Shown here: positions 42,001 to 55,822 of the stretch, in pieces
Numbering within the stretch: the first letter of the stretch is position 1
Layout: the number at the start of each line of letters is the position of its first letter
From: Balanoglossus misakiensis
Lineage: Eukaryota > Animalia > Hemichordata
Reading direction: 5' to 3'
DNA length: 64,000 nucleotides
NCBI GenBank assembly: GCA_040954595.2
Contig: CM082576.2
Coordinates: forward strand, 8,125,129-8,189,128
The notes under the pieces: generated by a model
Databases searched by the model: none
What the model was told of the DNA's origin: nothing
Seen by the model: the letters and a program-made list of their open reading frames with translations, nothing else
Made by a program: the position numbers and the translations under genes

Positions 42001-45000
42001 GCTATTATGATGCGTGCCCGTGGCAACCTTGTTTTCTAGAAGGGATTGCATTTCTTTGAAGGGTTTAACAGAAAGTGTCCACGGGCGGCTGAATAGAATT
42101 GTTCGATTTTAATACACGAGGAAACATTATTCTTTCTAGTGACAAAACGGAGAACGGCATGCCCTTGATAGATGACAACGTTCTTCATTTTCAAAAATGT
42201 GGCCCATCTTTTCAATGGTAAAACATGACGGGAAAAGTCAGTGTAAACATCGCGTCGTTTTTAGGATGAATGCACTACTCTAACTTCCTGTCTCGCCTCC
42301 GGTCACTAGTAATAGTTTTGAGTTTCAAACCCCGGATAAGGATCTTCTGCAAGATCCGAGTCCCAGGTACCTTCCCTATGCTTCGGTAATCAGCATATAT
42401 TTCGTGGCCGACGGCATTACACAAAAGCATCCCGATTTCAGCATGCATTTGCTGTCAGTCAGATCCAGTCAGATACTACCCACAAAATTCAATACTTCCA
42501 TTTGCATACTCGGATTGACCCGAAAACACGGAATTAACAAAAATGTCATCGGATGCGCCGGATCTGTAGAAATGCGTAACACTACATGCACACACGCTGA
42601 CCTACAGACAGTTTTGATTCAATTTTTACAATTATTCTGAGAAGTTGGTGCTGTATATGACGTGTAAGATTGTTTGTCAAAGTCATGTTTCTCATCAAGA
42701 GCAACGGACTTTTTTTTTATAAAAATGATGAAAATTACACTGAGCCGAATTCAATTGACGCTTATTCCCACAAGGTAATATGTGCGTCACGGTTCATCTT
42801 CAGTGTTTTTTTTGTGATTTTTTTCCGCGAAACCAGGTTTCGGAGTCTACATTTTGGCTGAGGCAAAGTGATTACCGTCATCCGGGGAGTAATCCGTACG
42901 TGCAACCATGATTTCAAACTTTCAACCCACCGGATGAATAACATTTCCTTCTGGCGGTGCAGCCACAAAAGCAGCTTCTATAAATGTCATCTCCTAATTG
43001 GTATTCACAATGACGTGAATCCCTTGTTAATGACATGCCCTGGTAAGCGCGTAAACCCAGCTATCCCAAGTCGGTTGTCCGAGTCATGACTTCTTTTATC
43101 TCGCGTTTCACTTCGGAAGAAACACATCAGCGGCCGCGGTGTCGAATTTATCGTTCCCTTTTCGTACATATTACGCAGAACCTTTCAAACGCAGAGCGCG
43201 TGTCTGCAGCGAGGAGTCGACGCGACTAGTACTCACGCCCGACGATTTTTATATATTATCCGAGCTTTATGCTAAATCAAGGCGTGTTCTCTAGATATAT
43301 ACATACTGTCTCGCACGACAAGGTTAACGTCCGGCGCTAGCGAAAACAGACAGCGCAGAAACGATTTTTGGGAGAAGTGAATGCTGTGCAGAGCTAGTGG
43401 CGATAAATTTACCTGCGGTGATCATTACTGTCCATTTAATTTTATATATTCAATTCAGTCGTGTGAGAAAGAAAGTCGCGTTGGTAGGGAGCTATAAAAT
43501 ATTGATTAAAGTAAGTTATTTTAAGAGTAATTACCTTTTAAAACTATTAGTCACGGAAAGCGCAATAACGACGGGCATATGCTACATAAAGGGAGAATCA
43601 AATCCTATTTCGGGGGGGGGCGACACACCAAGGGTACAAATTTACCATAAGGGAAGCAAACGTGACTTTAAATGTTCTGGGATGTCGCAATGAAACCCAG
43701 CATCACGAGCATCCCAGACTAGTCGGATGTATCAGCGCATTTCGCCGAAGGGGATGGTTACGCGGCCGTCTTTGAAGAATCCGCAGAAATGATAGATGAA
43801 TAGCTGATATCCATTTCTCCCTTACTTTGTCGACCGAACCTCGGGGGAAATGACAATGGTTTGGGTGGAAATTATCATCGAAGCCCAAATTTTCCGCAAA
43901 TGACGTTTTATGGCTTCCCTTTTAGCGGTCGCAAACGTCTCAAATGATAATGCAAAACCTTTTTTTTTTCAAGCATGACAAGATATAGCTCTAAAACTTG
44001 CGCATGTCATATAACGGTGGCGATTCCAAGCCGAATGATGACTATCACAACGAATATTAATGTTAATGTTAGCGCAGGAAATGTCACATACTCAGTCTTT
44101 ATTACCGCTGTAAAATATAAATAATTATCGCTGCGCCAGTATATATCATCGTGTGCGTGCTGATTGAACAATCGCTATTGAAATTTAAAAAATGGGGCGC
44201 GTAATTTATGAGACACCATGAAGTTCGCATTTTGTCAACTAACAACAGTTACATGCACGTCAAATGAATACATTCACGAAGTGACGTCTTCCAACTTGAT
44301 ACTTAACCTCACGCGTGGCATGTGCCAACGCTTTCCGGCGACGAAAACAGAATTCTCAAAATACACAGTGCTGCATCGGTTTCTAAAATATCTATGGGTG
44401 AAAAGAGCGTTGATCAGATTGCTGTTTTTCGCAAATTAATTTTCATATATTACGAACAATTGGTCTCTTATCAACAGATAACAGTTCTTTACGTGTTAAA
44501 GGCATGGAAAAATCCGATTCATCGTGCCTTTTAAACAGTGCAAGCTGTCTTAGATATATTCAGGCAAGGATGATTAGGCCTACACTGTTAATACGTGCAA
44601 GACAGAAGGTGGTTTTATCGCAACTTGCAAGTAATTTCATCATGCTACTCTTCCCAGGCTGAATCCGCCGCATGTAAATATTGTCCCCTTGGTTATCCGC
44701 AAGGAATTGAATCCACTCCAAAAAATAAAGTAATTACATTTCGTCGTGCCAGAAACGGGCATTACCAAATTGACTGAGACTCGCGCATTATCAATCTGGA
44801 GATGTACAAACTCGACGTTGTAATCGTGAGCGACGCTAATGAAATGGCGGCGATTTTTTTTGGCCTGCCCGGTTGTCCGTAGATCTCATGGGATTAAATG
44901 CGTTATTGAAGTACATGTACCCTGGGACTGATGACTGTACAACATATGTGTATGTGTGTGTGTTTGTGTGACACATGAATGCTTCACTTTGAAGGTCGGG

Positions 45001-48000
45001 TGGAAGTTTGTCTAGAACGAGGTCGACACCTGGCTGTGGTTCCTTTCGGCGTTTAATATTAGCGAATTTGATGATGCCGTAGCAAATCACAATACAATCG
45101 ACAGCACTTCGACCAACCAGACGATAAATATCGCCCCGGCAGCACTTCTGTCGCGATGTTTTCGAAATGAGCCCACGGGGAGTCACGAAGAGGAATTTGA
45201 CGACAGAATGGAAACTGTGCGCTTGTAATAATATCTCCTCTCAGGCACGTCGCCAAGTCTGCACAAACACAGAAATATTATTTCAGAACATTAACGTTTG
45301 CGATGAATTCGGCATCGATAGAGGTGCTCAACCGATCTCTCAATACAGAATCTCACTCAGTATATTTTTACTTGTAGAGAAAGTTTATTGTTACACAGGC
45401 TTGGCGCGCCTAAGAAAAAAAAAAACGCTAGGTAGAAATTACACCAAGGGTGGTGCCGCGTTCGGCCACCACATGGCCATTAGAAACGGCCCTTTACCAT
45501 ATATGGGCATATGTAAATTAGAGGTAAACGTGTTCTTGTGAACAAAAGCGGCCAATTAAGCTCGTTCTACAGTCGGAATTGATCTAGAGCACAGGTGGTT
45601 GACAGCGGATTTTCCCCCGCAAGGGGCTTCAAGTTTACATAGCGTGATTACAAATCATGACAGCTTCCAACGTCAAGCCTGACTTAAGGTGCTTTGTGTC
45701 GGCGACTTAGCGACTTGTAATTGACCTTAATCCTTAGCATTTGGCAGAGTGACAACTGAGTTGTTCAGGTGTGCACGTTTCTGCATCCTGAATGCATTTA
45801 CAAAAGTATCAACACGATTAAGGGATTACTCTCCGTCGGCGCTATAGTAGCAAATGTCGAATCAAATGCAAGAAACAGCTGATGACAAGAGAGATCTTCG
45901 TTATCGCGTGCGGATGAGGAGAACAAACCGAGGTCCGGAAATTAAACAGTACACTTGATCTGAGACGTTTCAGAAACGTCTAAGTTGTTCCTGTACGAAC
46001 CCACCATTATACCTGGTATATTCTAACTTGAATATTCCCAAACTATCAACGAATATACATGTAACTCGGCTCAGGATCGGCAGAATCATCTCAAACTTGC
46101 GATCTTACTTCTATACACACTCTACAACAAAAAGCACTCAGAGTGGGAAATAAACGTCAATTGAATTTGGCTCCGTGTGATTTTCATGAATTTTTAAAAC
46201 CTCGACATTTCAAGCGCTGTCGTTGAAGAATGAGAGTAGCTATAACTCATAATAAAATAATCCCCTTTGTCTATTTTGGCTATAGTCGCGAATGATTCAT
46301 TACCATTTTGAAGAAGACACTCACTCCTAAAACTACACTCTTTTGAAGGACATAATACCAATTTTTTTTTCTGTTAATAAAACGTCTCCATTTTCCGGTT
46401 TATTGACACTCGGTTTTATGAAATTATACATGTGTTGTCGTCGTTGAGAATAATGGCTTTGAAATAAAAACCAATAAGACAAAAGTCGGTGTCATCTTAA
46501 AGTACCATTTTGACTCTATCCATTGTTAGACTTGCACATATCGCCCGAGACTAAGATTATCTGGGACAGCGACTGCGAAGAGGTTATGGGTAAAAACGTA
46601 AGACGGCGTAACCTATATAGATTAAACGTACATAGGTTGCTTGCTCGATATTAACCTTTTCCCCAAAGATACGAAGGTACAGCGGTTTCCCATTAACGCC
46701 TGTCATTCTGTGGGACACATCGCAAATACAGGAGGCAGCAGCACCATTCACAGTCCATCGGTAGAGTAATTCGCTTCAGCAGACAAGCTTGTATTGTGGC
46801 AAACATATATATCCCTGGAGCAAAGAAAACTCGTTTTTTTTCAAACCGTGAAGAATTGATGCCTGGTCTAATTTCAGCTTCAGACCTGCAAAGAATCGCT
46901 TCGCTGAATGCTTGTCGAAGCTGCTTAGCACACGCGATAATATCAGACATGGTCACAGAGAGAGAGAGAGAGTTTGATGCTAAGGGGAGAACCATTTGAT
47001 TTCTGGGGGGTGGATGATTTTGGTCATGTAAACAAATCTTGTTTTTCTGATTCTGTGTATCAAATACTTTGCAAAACGTTAAATGAAACATAATATTTGT
47101 GATGCACTGGTTTTAGTGCAGGTTTTCCTAATGCGGGAAATTTCGTAAACAGAGTATCAAATTTAGAGCCGAAGTGGCCACGCATTAAATTCACACCCTG
47201 ATCTCTGCTTTCCATGTCGCTCACGCTGCAAGCTTAGAAATAAATACAGATGTATCCCGCCACGAATAAGGAATAGTCTGTTTCGTGAGACCTCATATCT
47301 CTACTGTGATTTGGGGGCCCTTGTCTTCTAAATCACCGAGTCTTGGGCTAACCGCTTTTTCATAGCGGTTTATTTACATCTGCAGGTTGTCATCGCGTTT
47401 GAATTATGTTCTCCAGCAGAGCCCCGGCTATTTTCTACCCGAGTCTGGAGTAATCGCGATAAAAATATACAACGGCATTCAGAAGCATCCATTCACACTG
47501 AAATGTAAAATACAACAGCTGGCACGACCCACACTTCGATCATCATCGACATTAGTGACGATATCAACGCGCATCAAATCGTGCAAATGATCACATTTTC
47601 CCCAGTGATATTTTTCTGTCTGCAGTTGCTGCCTTTCATCTGATGCCGAATCTTTCCTTCGGTGGCGGCTCTCTTTGAACGCACTCAAAAAGAACTAAGA
47701 GAACGGATGTGTGTGTGGTTTTTAGAGAGAGAGTTACTCCTTATTTTGCTCGAGCCTGTTTTTATAGTCTTTTGCGATGGGCAGTCCGCTTTTTGTAACT
47801 GAAAAACGTACAAATTATGTTCCCCCGTCATGATTTCTTTTCCTGGATTTCAAAAGTCCTTGCACTGCAACTGTCTGAAATCCATTGGCCTCAATATACA
47901 GTCCAATTATCCTGAATAATATCTGAAGTCAGCCTATTTCTATGTCAGACGAAAAGTATTGTGGTAGAACGGGCAAGAAATTAAACAGTTTTGTATATCC

Positions 48001-51000
48001 CGCCATTTCACACCCAGGACAATTAATCAAATCAACAAATTGCTTTGGAGGATTGTTGGCGGGATGCATCTTTTGAGGACTCTAGCGTGTAGCAGCTGGT
48101 CTGTGTGGAGATAAAAGTTACACGATCAAGATATCATTTTTGTGACGCAAAGACGTTTTTCCGTGGCACGACTTTGTCAATTTTTGCAACTAGCGAAAGT
48201 AATGAACAATATGGTGAATTAGTAAAGCAGGACAGTAGATAAGAACAGGAGAGCGGCAGATAGTATTTTATTCCACAAATTATTTCATGATTGGAGCGGC
48301 ATTACTCTGAGTGCTATGATTACGAAAACATGAGACAATTTTCAATCTCACTGTCTGGTAGTACCGATACTCAAGTTGCCCGGTGTGTGTGTGTCTCCCC
48401 ATGCAACAGAGCCTTGAGGGTTGCACTGATATTAATGTATAGAGTCCATATAAGCGTTGACTGCAAAACAGAAATCCAATCAACCAAAGAGATATTCATT
48501 ATCAAATTACCATTTGATATCCCGGTGAGTCTGTAAGAATGAGACAGTTGACATTTAAAACCAATGCGGCCCGCAGGATCTTTCATTTCCATATCTCGAA
48601 AAGTTGGCGTTTTTCGCCAGTCTTTACTGTAAACCAAATTCTTCAACTCTGATTGGAGCAATATCACAGTAGTGAGTTTTAAGAAAACAAGATGGCGAAC
48701 ACTCTATATTCTTCTTTGTTTAAAAAAACTCATATACACTTCAATATAGCATAACATTTTAGAGGTTTACAGGACTATCAAGTTTTCTGAAAATTTGTTC
48801 CCGTCAGTTGAGACAGATGGAAAATGTTGAGAAGAGTAACAATACACATTGAACGCAGCCCCACGGGGTTGTACAAGGAACCATTGTTGCCGCACAGAAC
48901 AAAAATGCTGAAAAACAGAAACAAGTTACAGATAGTGGTCCTTTTAAAAAGTAAACGACAAACATTTAAACACCCTGGCGTGATTGCTTCAGCATTTCAA
49001 AAAACACCTGCGAATTGAACCTCGGGGAACAGCTTTGTTGTTTTGTCGTCGAGGGAGTTTCTCGCATGCAGATCTATTATGCAGATTTCTTTGGGGGGGG
49101 GGGGGGGGAACTGGTACCTATTTACCCAGACACGACATGTGAAGAATGCGCGTCATCAAACCCATCGAAACACGACGCCAGAAGGCACGCGTTCTACAAC
49201 TATCGTTTCACTAGCGATGCATTGGTGTTGCGTTAACGTTGGCAAGTGTACCACAAAGGCGCTTTGTGTCACAAATTGCAGAACGTGACAAATCTGGGCA
49301 CAAGTGATCTGGAGACGCTTTACAAGAGCAAACAATGACGTGAATCCAGAGAATTCTTCGCTTTCAAAAACACGGTTCTGCAAAATTGCTGTTCCCCGCG
49401 GCGAACGAGGCGTGCAGGCGTGAGGCAGAAGGTAAAATTGAAGGGCCTGAATTGAAAACTCAATATGGACGTTTCAAAGGGCTTTGTCAAGATTTATACA
49501 CATTTCCAAATATTATCACTAATCCATACATCGTTCGAGATTTTGTTTATGAGCACTATTCCCCGTTCTCTCTGTCGATTAAAAATTTATTGGCCTTGCG
49601 AGAAAATCTACAGTTAAATCGTGTAGCTATGAATCTGTCATTTGTGCGTTATCCAGTGTACAAGTTCACGGCCACGCCTGAGGCAAGATCATCCGACTTG
49701 ATGGCATCGGAAGTTAGGTAGGCTGTTGGCCCAGTTTCTTCACAGCCGTGGTAGCTTTACCAATTACCATTTGATAAACGAACTTCCCTGTCTTGAAGTT
49801 CATCGTAAAACCCGTCACCTGGCAAATCAGAGGGAACAGCACGCGGTGAACATGACTTATGGCCCTAAAACTAATACGACTGGAGTGGAATTGGTTGCGG
49901 TCTGTACCACAAAGGGAAACCGTGCCCCCGTTTAATAGTTTGTTTAAAGCCCATCAGTTTGCCATAATATATTTAAATTACAGACACGAACCACTCACTT
50001 AGTACACGTACGCTCCCTTCAACGTTTAATATCTACGTCAATTTAAACGGATATTAAAGCGTTCACCCATTTCTTCCTCTAAAAATCAGAACTTGCCCCG
50101 TATAATGAACATATGGTCACCGCTGTTGGGAGAACAGCCGGATCATCTGTCCTGGTTCAGACGCGATGGAGCGCGTGTGCCATCCGTTGAAAACCCGTAC
50201 CACAACCCGGATATTCAAGTCATCTGCGAACTTGACCGATTTTTTTCTGGGACATTTTATGCAGATGAGCAAAAACACCTGCAACTTCCGATCGGGTCTC
50301 GTGAAATGTCGAGAGAATTTCTGTCCATGCATCATATGGCCAGTGGTATTTCGCGTACATATCAGAATCACGCGTCGCCTACGGGATTTCGAGGAAACCA
50401 GCTTCTAAGGCTAGCACAGCCTGTCCACGCAGTCTATTGGGATCTAATTTGGAAGACTAACTTTGAGCGACGAGGAACACGTGGCACACTTGTAATTGGT
50501 GTCTTCATGTATGATCCTTGAGGTAGCCAGATGGTTGCTTCAGGACTTTACAGATGTTGTCGATCATGTGTTGTGAACCGTGTTAACCCAATTTACTGTA
50601 CTAACCAAAATTGTTCTTACCCCGTTCGTAGGCGCAGCCGCAGAACGAACGGCCAACGTCGGGAAACAAACCAGGCCAAATAAAACAGAGCCTCGCTCAT
50701 TTCAATGTCCTAGATCCATGGAGGGACCCTTCCTATATTATTTTGGTACTCTCGTCACAAAGGGATTACTCGTTAGCGACCCCTTAAGCGATTTAGTCGC
50801 ACAGCACAGTGTGTTAAAATAGATCATTATCCTTTAATAACAAAATCTCACCATGAGCGAAGCCATAACCGCCGACGTAAAACTTTGATTTGTGTGAAGC
50901 TGCAGCCAATTCTGCAGTGGCGATAACTGATTCAAAGCTGTGCGATAACACATGCCTTCCATTTCAACTAATCATCAAAGTGCATGCGTGCATATCACAG

Positions 51001-53222
51001 CATGTCGACGAACGGCGAAAAACACAAAATGAACCTAAAAGATATGTAATTTCTTGTGATTATTAATACCCGGAGATAGACTTGTGAAGCCCATTAAGAA
51101 ACCATCACGCGGAGAAATTTGTCTTCGGGATTCTGCGAGCGAATACGTGCGGGGTCATAGGTTACCGAAGTATATTTCTCTCAGTTTTTCAAACTGTCTC
51201 CCTGTATACAAATATTACTTTAAAAAAAATCTTACACAGTTTGACGCAAAACTCGGAGACGGTTTTTAAGATTGACTGTCAAGATACATGAAAGCAACTG
51301 TTACAATGTATTGAACGACTCGGATGGCTCAGAGAAGGTTGAAGAGACAATTAAGAATCCAAATCAATAGCTGTTGATACGGTTTTTGACCCACTTTACG
51401 ACCGACGACACTCTATACCATTAGAAGCGCGCGAAGATGTTGACTATACTCGAATTTTGGGGTTTGACTTTGAATTGATAAAATGCATTGTGTGATTCAA
51501 GAAACGTGCGTTTTGCAAAGAGCTTCCAGCACCAAGTCTCGAAAATGTGATTTTTGAAAGACGCTGTGTGCATGCTTGAGTTGTTTTTTCCCGCTCATAA
51601 AATCTGCCCTGGGAAGAACCGGTGTACAAAATTACCGGTGCGGAGAAACTCTCTTGCCGCAAGAAATTAATCTGACTCAGAGAAATAGCAGACCGCAGTA
51701 TCGTTCACCACTCAGCCACATGCTTAAAGCTCCAGTAGTTACATTTGTATATATTTTAGAACTATATATGTACATGTCCTTTACAAAAAATAACTAGAAA
51801 TGACGCCGCACTGCTACCGATAAGTGAAAGTGAATAAAACCGACACAGATCACTCCAGTTTTTCCACACTGACTTTATTAGAAGCCCTTTACAAGGTAAC
51901 GTTTCCCTTTAACCCCAGCGTGAAAAGTGGCGACGTGTTTAGCTAAACTTGCAACAGTAAAATTCGAATTTAACCGCATTCTTCAAACAGTGAACTTCGG
52001 TACGGCGGTTGTAGGTGCCTGGACACATGATGGTCCGGTTAGTTTACCGTCGCCATCGCTGTTGTGTTATTTTCAATCATCATTCACCTTATCTTCAAAT
52101 ATGTACGAAGGTGTACAGTTGGAGTCAGGGAGGTATCCGGGTATCGTTTGCACATTAAAAATTCAGAGACCCAATTCTTGTACAACTTCAGATGTGATGA
52201 CAAATGCATACGCTTCTCTCGTTGAGCACAGCATGCCATAAGCATCAACTCGAAACAAGAATGGCGAATGCAATGTTAATAGATGCAGCCATACAAGCTT
52301 TTTAGCCCGCAGCTCTGATGAAACGCAGTGCAATATTGATATTGATCAGAGCACATACATTTATCTAACTGCTTTATAGACGTTTCTGATCCTGCCATTA
52401 CAATGGATCGACGGAACAGTCGCGAGGGCGTCATACCAAAACCGCTGCGTATGCTACAGAGTTCGCCGAGGTCGACGCCAATCATTTCGCAATACCGCGA
52501 AATGCTCGGCGGGGCTAGACGGCTTGGATGAATGCAATCAACCCAGCTGGTGCAATTCGTGGAACGCTGACGACCGCCGACTGTTTCTGACGTGTGTGTA
52601 CCTGTAAATATTAATCATGCATTTGAACACTTCTGCGAATGTGAAAATGCTACAAATTTGTTATAATCCAGCAAGGAAACGTGCTTCGGCTGTATAAAAC
52701 CACGGTCACTCCACCACATTATCGTTTCAAGTCTATATAGTGCGTGTCCGGACCGGAAATCAAACTTCGCAAGACTGTATCCAGCATAAAAAGTGCCTAA
52801 CCACTGCAAGTGCAAAGGTCATTAAAATGCGAAAGCCGTTTGCATACTTTCTCCAGGGATAAAAGATTGGAAGACACGTAGGCCGACACGTCAGCCTAAA
52901 ATGGCACTCGAACTCAACTCCGCTACTTGAAGTGAGCTCTCACAGAAACGCGCGTAAGACCATTGTCAAGAATAATTGGATTCGGTTACAGTCTGCAGTC
53001 ACTGTGAAAAGGTGTGCGTCACTGGTGTAAAATGTTAAATCGATATATCCTCTTACGAGGACCACTTGGAAAGTGAGACGCTGTCTCCTGGAAGGGGAGT
53101 CATGTTTCCGCGATTGACTTTACCTACGCAAATCAAGAAAGGGGAGAGGATAGAAGAGGCGAGTCATCTATTGATTCGTGTCTGATGTGTTGTCAATATA
53201 TACCGGGCCGTAGCAACCACAT

Positions 53223-54530
53223 TTAAAGGAATTATTACACCTATTTTTATTTCATTTGAGTGTAAAAGATTCATTTAGTAAAATAACCATTTTATCCAAA
53301 TCAAGACATTATATTTTGGCTGTGGTTTTCTATAATTAATGATTCATTAATAAAATCGTCGAAATTCATGTCCCTCAGAAAAAATCTCAATTCGTATTTG
53401 TCGCGTATAGACCACGTGACATGACGTCATTGGGGGAAGTCGTTGCCAGTATGTAAACAGTGATATCGTTGCACAGCTTAGCCCAAAGCGAGAGTCCCGC
53501 GTTTCCATCATTATTATCAAACGATGCGTCGTCGGGGGCTGTAAAAACACTATCCGTAGTGTACATAGTGTACATAGATTTCCGAAAAGCAAAGGACTGA
53601 GAGAAAAATGGGAGCGCTTCGTACAAAACGGCCCAAAGGTCACTACATCACCGTAAAGGTAATGATGAATGGAACTGTACCGGTGTTATGCCAGTTTTGG
53701 GTAACCGGTCGCTTGTGAACAGGGAGTTTATCTGTGATATTTATGTATGAAATTTGTTGTCCCATTACGTTTTTTTCACAACTGAGATGTCAGCAATGAT
53801 GTTTTAGTACGGACCATGTCGGCATGGCGTAGTGCCGCGCACCGGGTTCTTAGTGTATATATCGGTGATCAGACGAGCGCAGACCTCCGTATCGGGGAGG
53901 CAGATCGGCTACGAGAATATTTGAGTTTCACTGAACCACTCCCTGAATATTTATTGTAAAATAAAAACAAACAAACAGAAAATGATGCTTATTCACCAAT
54001 CTATATTTCCCACTCGAGAAGACTCTGGCGAATCTCGACCCGCGCTTGCAGGCATTTCTTCGCTCGGTACATCGACGGATTCCCCACCAGCCCGAACAGG
54101 TTGAGGAGAGACCTCACCTCACGCCTTGCTGGTTCAAATCTATACGGCTGTGACAGGAATTTCCTTGAAAGCAGCGACGAAGAGCCCAAAACTCTCCATC
54201 GCTACTGTCTGAATCTTATACTCTCCCAACAAAATGCCTCGTCACTGACCGTGTTTACCGTTGACGCCATAAAAGTCAAGTAGACGACATGTACGCCTCT
54301 CGATGCGATGAATTGTAGACTAAAAGCGAAGGAGAGCCCCCAATGACGTCACACGTAACGGGACCGTTCAGACAGAGAGTTTTTTGAAGGAGTGAACATT
54401 TATTAGGATAACATTTATTCATCGACGAGAATAAAAAAAAAACGACACCAGAATTCAAATCATGAATGCAATTTTAGTTTACAGTCAAACAATGAAAAAT
54501 ATTTTTTGATAGGTGTAATAAACTCTTTAA
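53223..54530 (+). mobile_element. Non-autonomous Kolobok-like DNA transposon (~1.3 kb)
   Basis: TTAA at 53223-53226 and 54527-54530. TIRs AGGAATTATTACACCTAT versus reverse-complemented AGAGTTTATTACACCTAT (15 of 18). Subterminal TGACGTCA motifs near both ends; internal THAP remnant. Confidence 0.75.
53525..53656 (+). pseudogene. Truncated THAP zinc-finger fragment inside the transposon
   Basis: CVVGGCKNTIRSVHSVHRFPKSKGLREKWERFVQ...* matches the THAP N-terminal half (CxxxxC, HRFP, W). It stops before the CxxHF motif and has no in-frame ATG nearby. Confidence 0.75.
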
Positions 54531-55714
54531 AACACACGAACGTGTCGCGACGCATCTGCACAGTCGGCATCAATAACACTTTTTCTTCTTCACACATGAA
54601 GATATTTGATTTGAGTAAATTTATACAAAGAACAACATAGCTTATAAATTCAAAAAACAATATACTTATATAATTATATTATTTATTGTATACTTGTATA
54701 TTGTATACTGCTCATGCGTATATAGCAGGTCGCAATGTTTATAATCTTATGGTTGGGTTACGACTGGGCGTTTCGCTGGATGTGACTATGATTTTAAACG
54801 CACGGTGAAAATAGTCAACATGATACTTACTGTGTGATCATTCGAAGAGCGTTTCAATAGAGAAACAACCCCGCAAACATGGTGAATGGAGACTTTACCT
54901 GTGTAAATGTTTGACTAAATTCAATTTGACTGTACCTACGTAAACATTGAAAAAAATTGAATCAAATTGAACGACGACCGCAGGCTTGCGTGAACATGAA
55001 TGAGAACATCGTGACTGTTGAAATCACTCGCAGTAAATAACATTTGTAGTCCACCGCTAAATAAAATTTACCATTGCAAATATTCAATTTCAATCGCTTG
55101 AAAGGGGGAGCGTGACTAAAGACGCCGGTGTGTTTTCCCATTAATTCGTAATTTCAATGGACAATAGTAATGTTTACTCTCAAATTCGGTCGCTAGATAA
55201 TAGAAAGGAGGGAGTGATTGCCATGGTAACCATCAAACAGTACCCTTGGTATTGATGTCTGCTAAGAGTGAATGTTCTACTGTATATTGAATAAGCTATA
55301 AAGGTAGCTAATCAACCGCTTTATGGGGAACACAAACATGATAAGTACCGAACATTTTGACCCCGTTTCTATATACGTAGCTTTCCGCACGTGGCACAAA
55401 TGTCGATGACAGCGCGTCATGGAAATATACAAATGTTTCCGAACTGCGTTCAATCAGACGAGTGTATATCATATCCTTTATCCAGAACTAAAATCACTAA
55501 GAATGTTGACTTGAAATCGACGCCCCGGTTACAAAGAAACCGATTATTCCTTTCAGCGCGGATCGATAATCAGGAGAATAGGTAGCAAAGCTATCCCATT
55601 TCCACTTAAAACGTATACCTTTGTGTTCAATGCTGTTCCCTGAAGGGTTTTCAACGTCGGACTTATCAGAGTATGCACGTGGTATACTTCAATCCAAATT
55701 TCAATCCAATTTTA

Positions 55715-55785
55715 TTGTTCGTATCAGAGAGAGAGAGAGAGAGTTCTTGTTCGTTTCAGAGAGAGAGAGAGAGGGTTCTTGTTTG

Positions 55786-55817
<32 letters not shown>
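55715..55817. repeat. Compound minisatellite [TTCTTGTTYGTWTCA(GA)n] x3
   Basis: Three units, each a ~15-bp spacer followed by a GA run. Confidence 0.85.

Positions 55818-55822
<5 letters not shown>

Noticed and set aside
46118-46514. CACT...-type non-autonomous DNA transposon
   Set aside because: The termini are too degenerate to pair and no target duplication is identifiable.
49386-50521. 111-aa and 142-aa ORFs in the gene-poor region
   Set aside because: Non-ATG starts, no recognisable domain, codon bias or splice framework.
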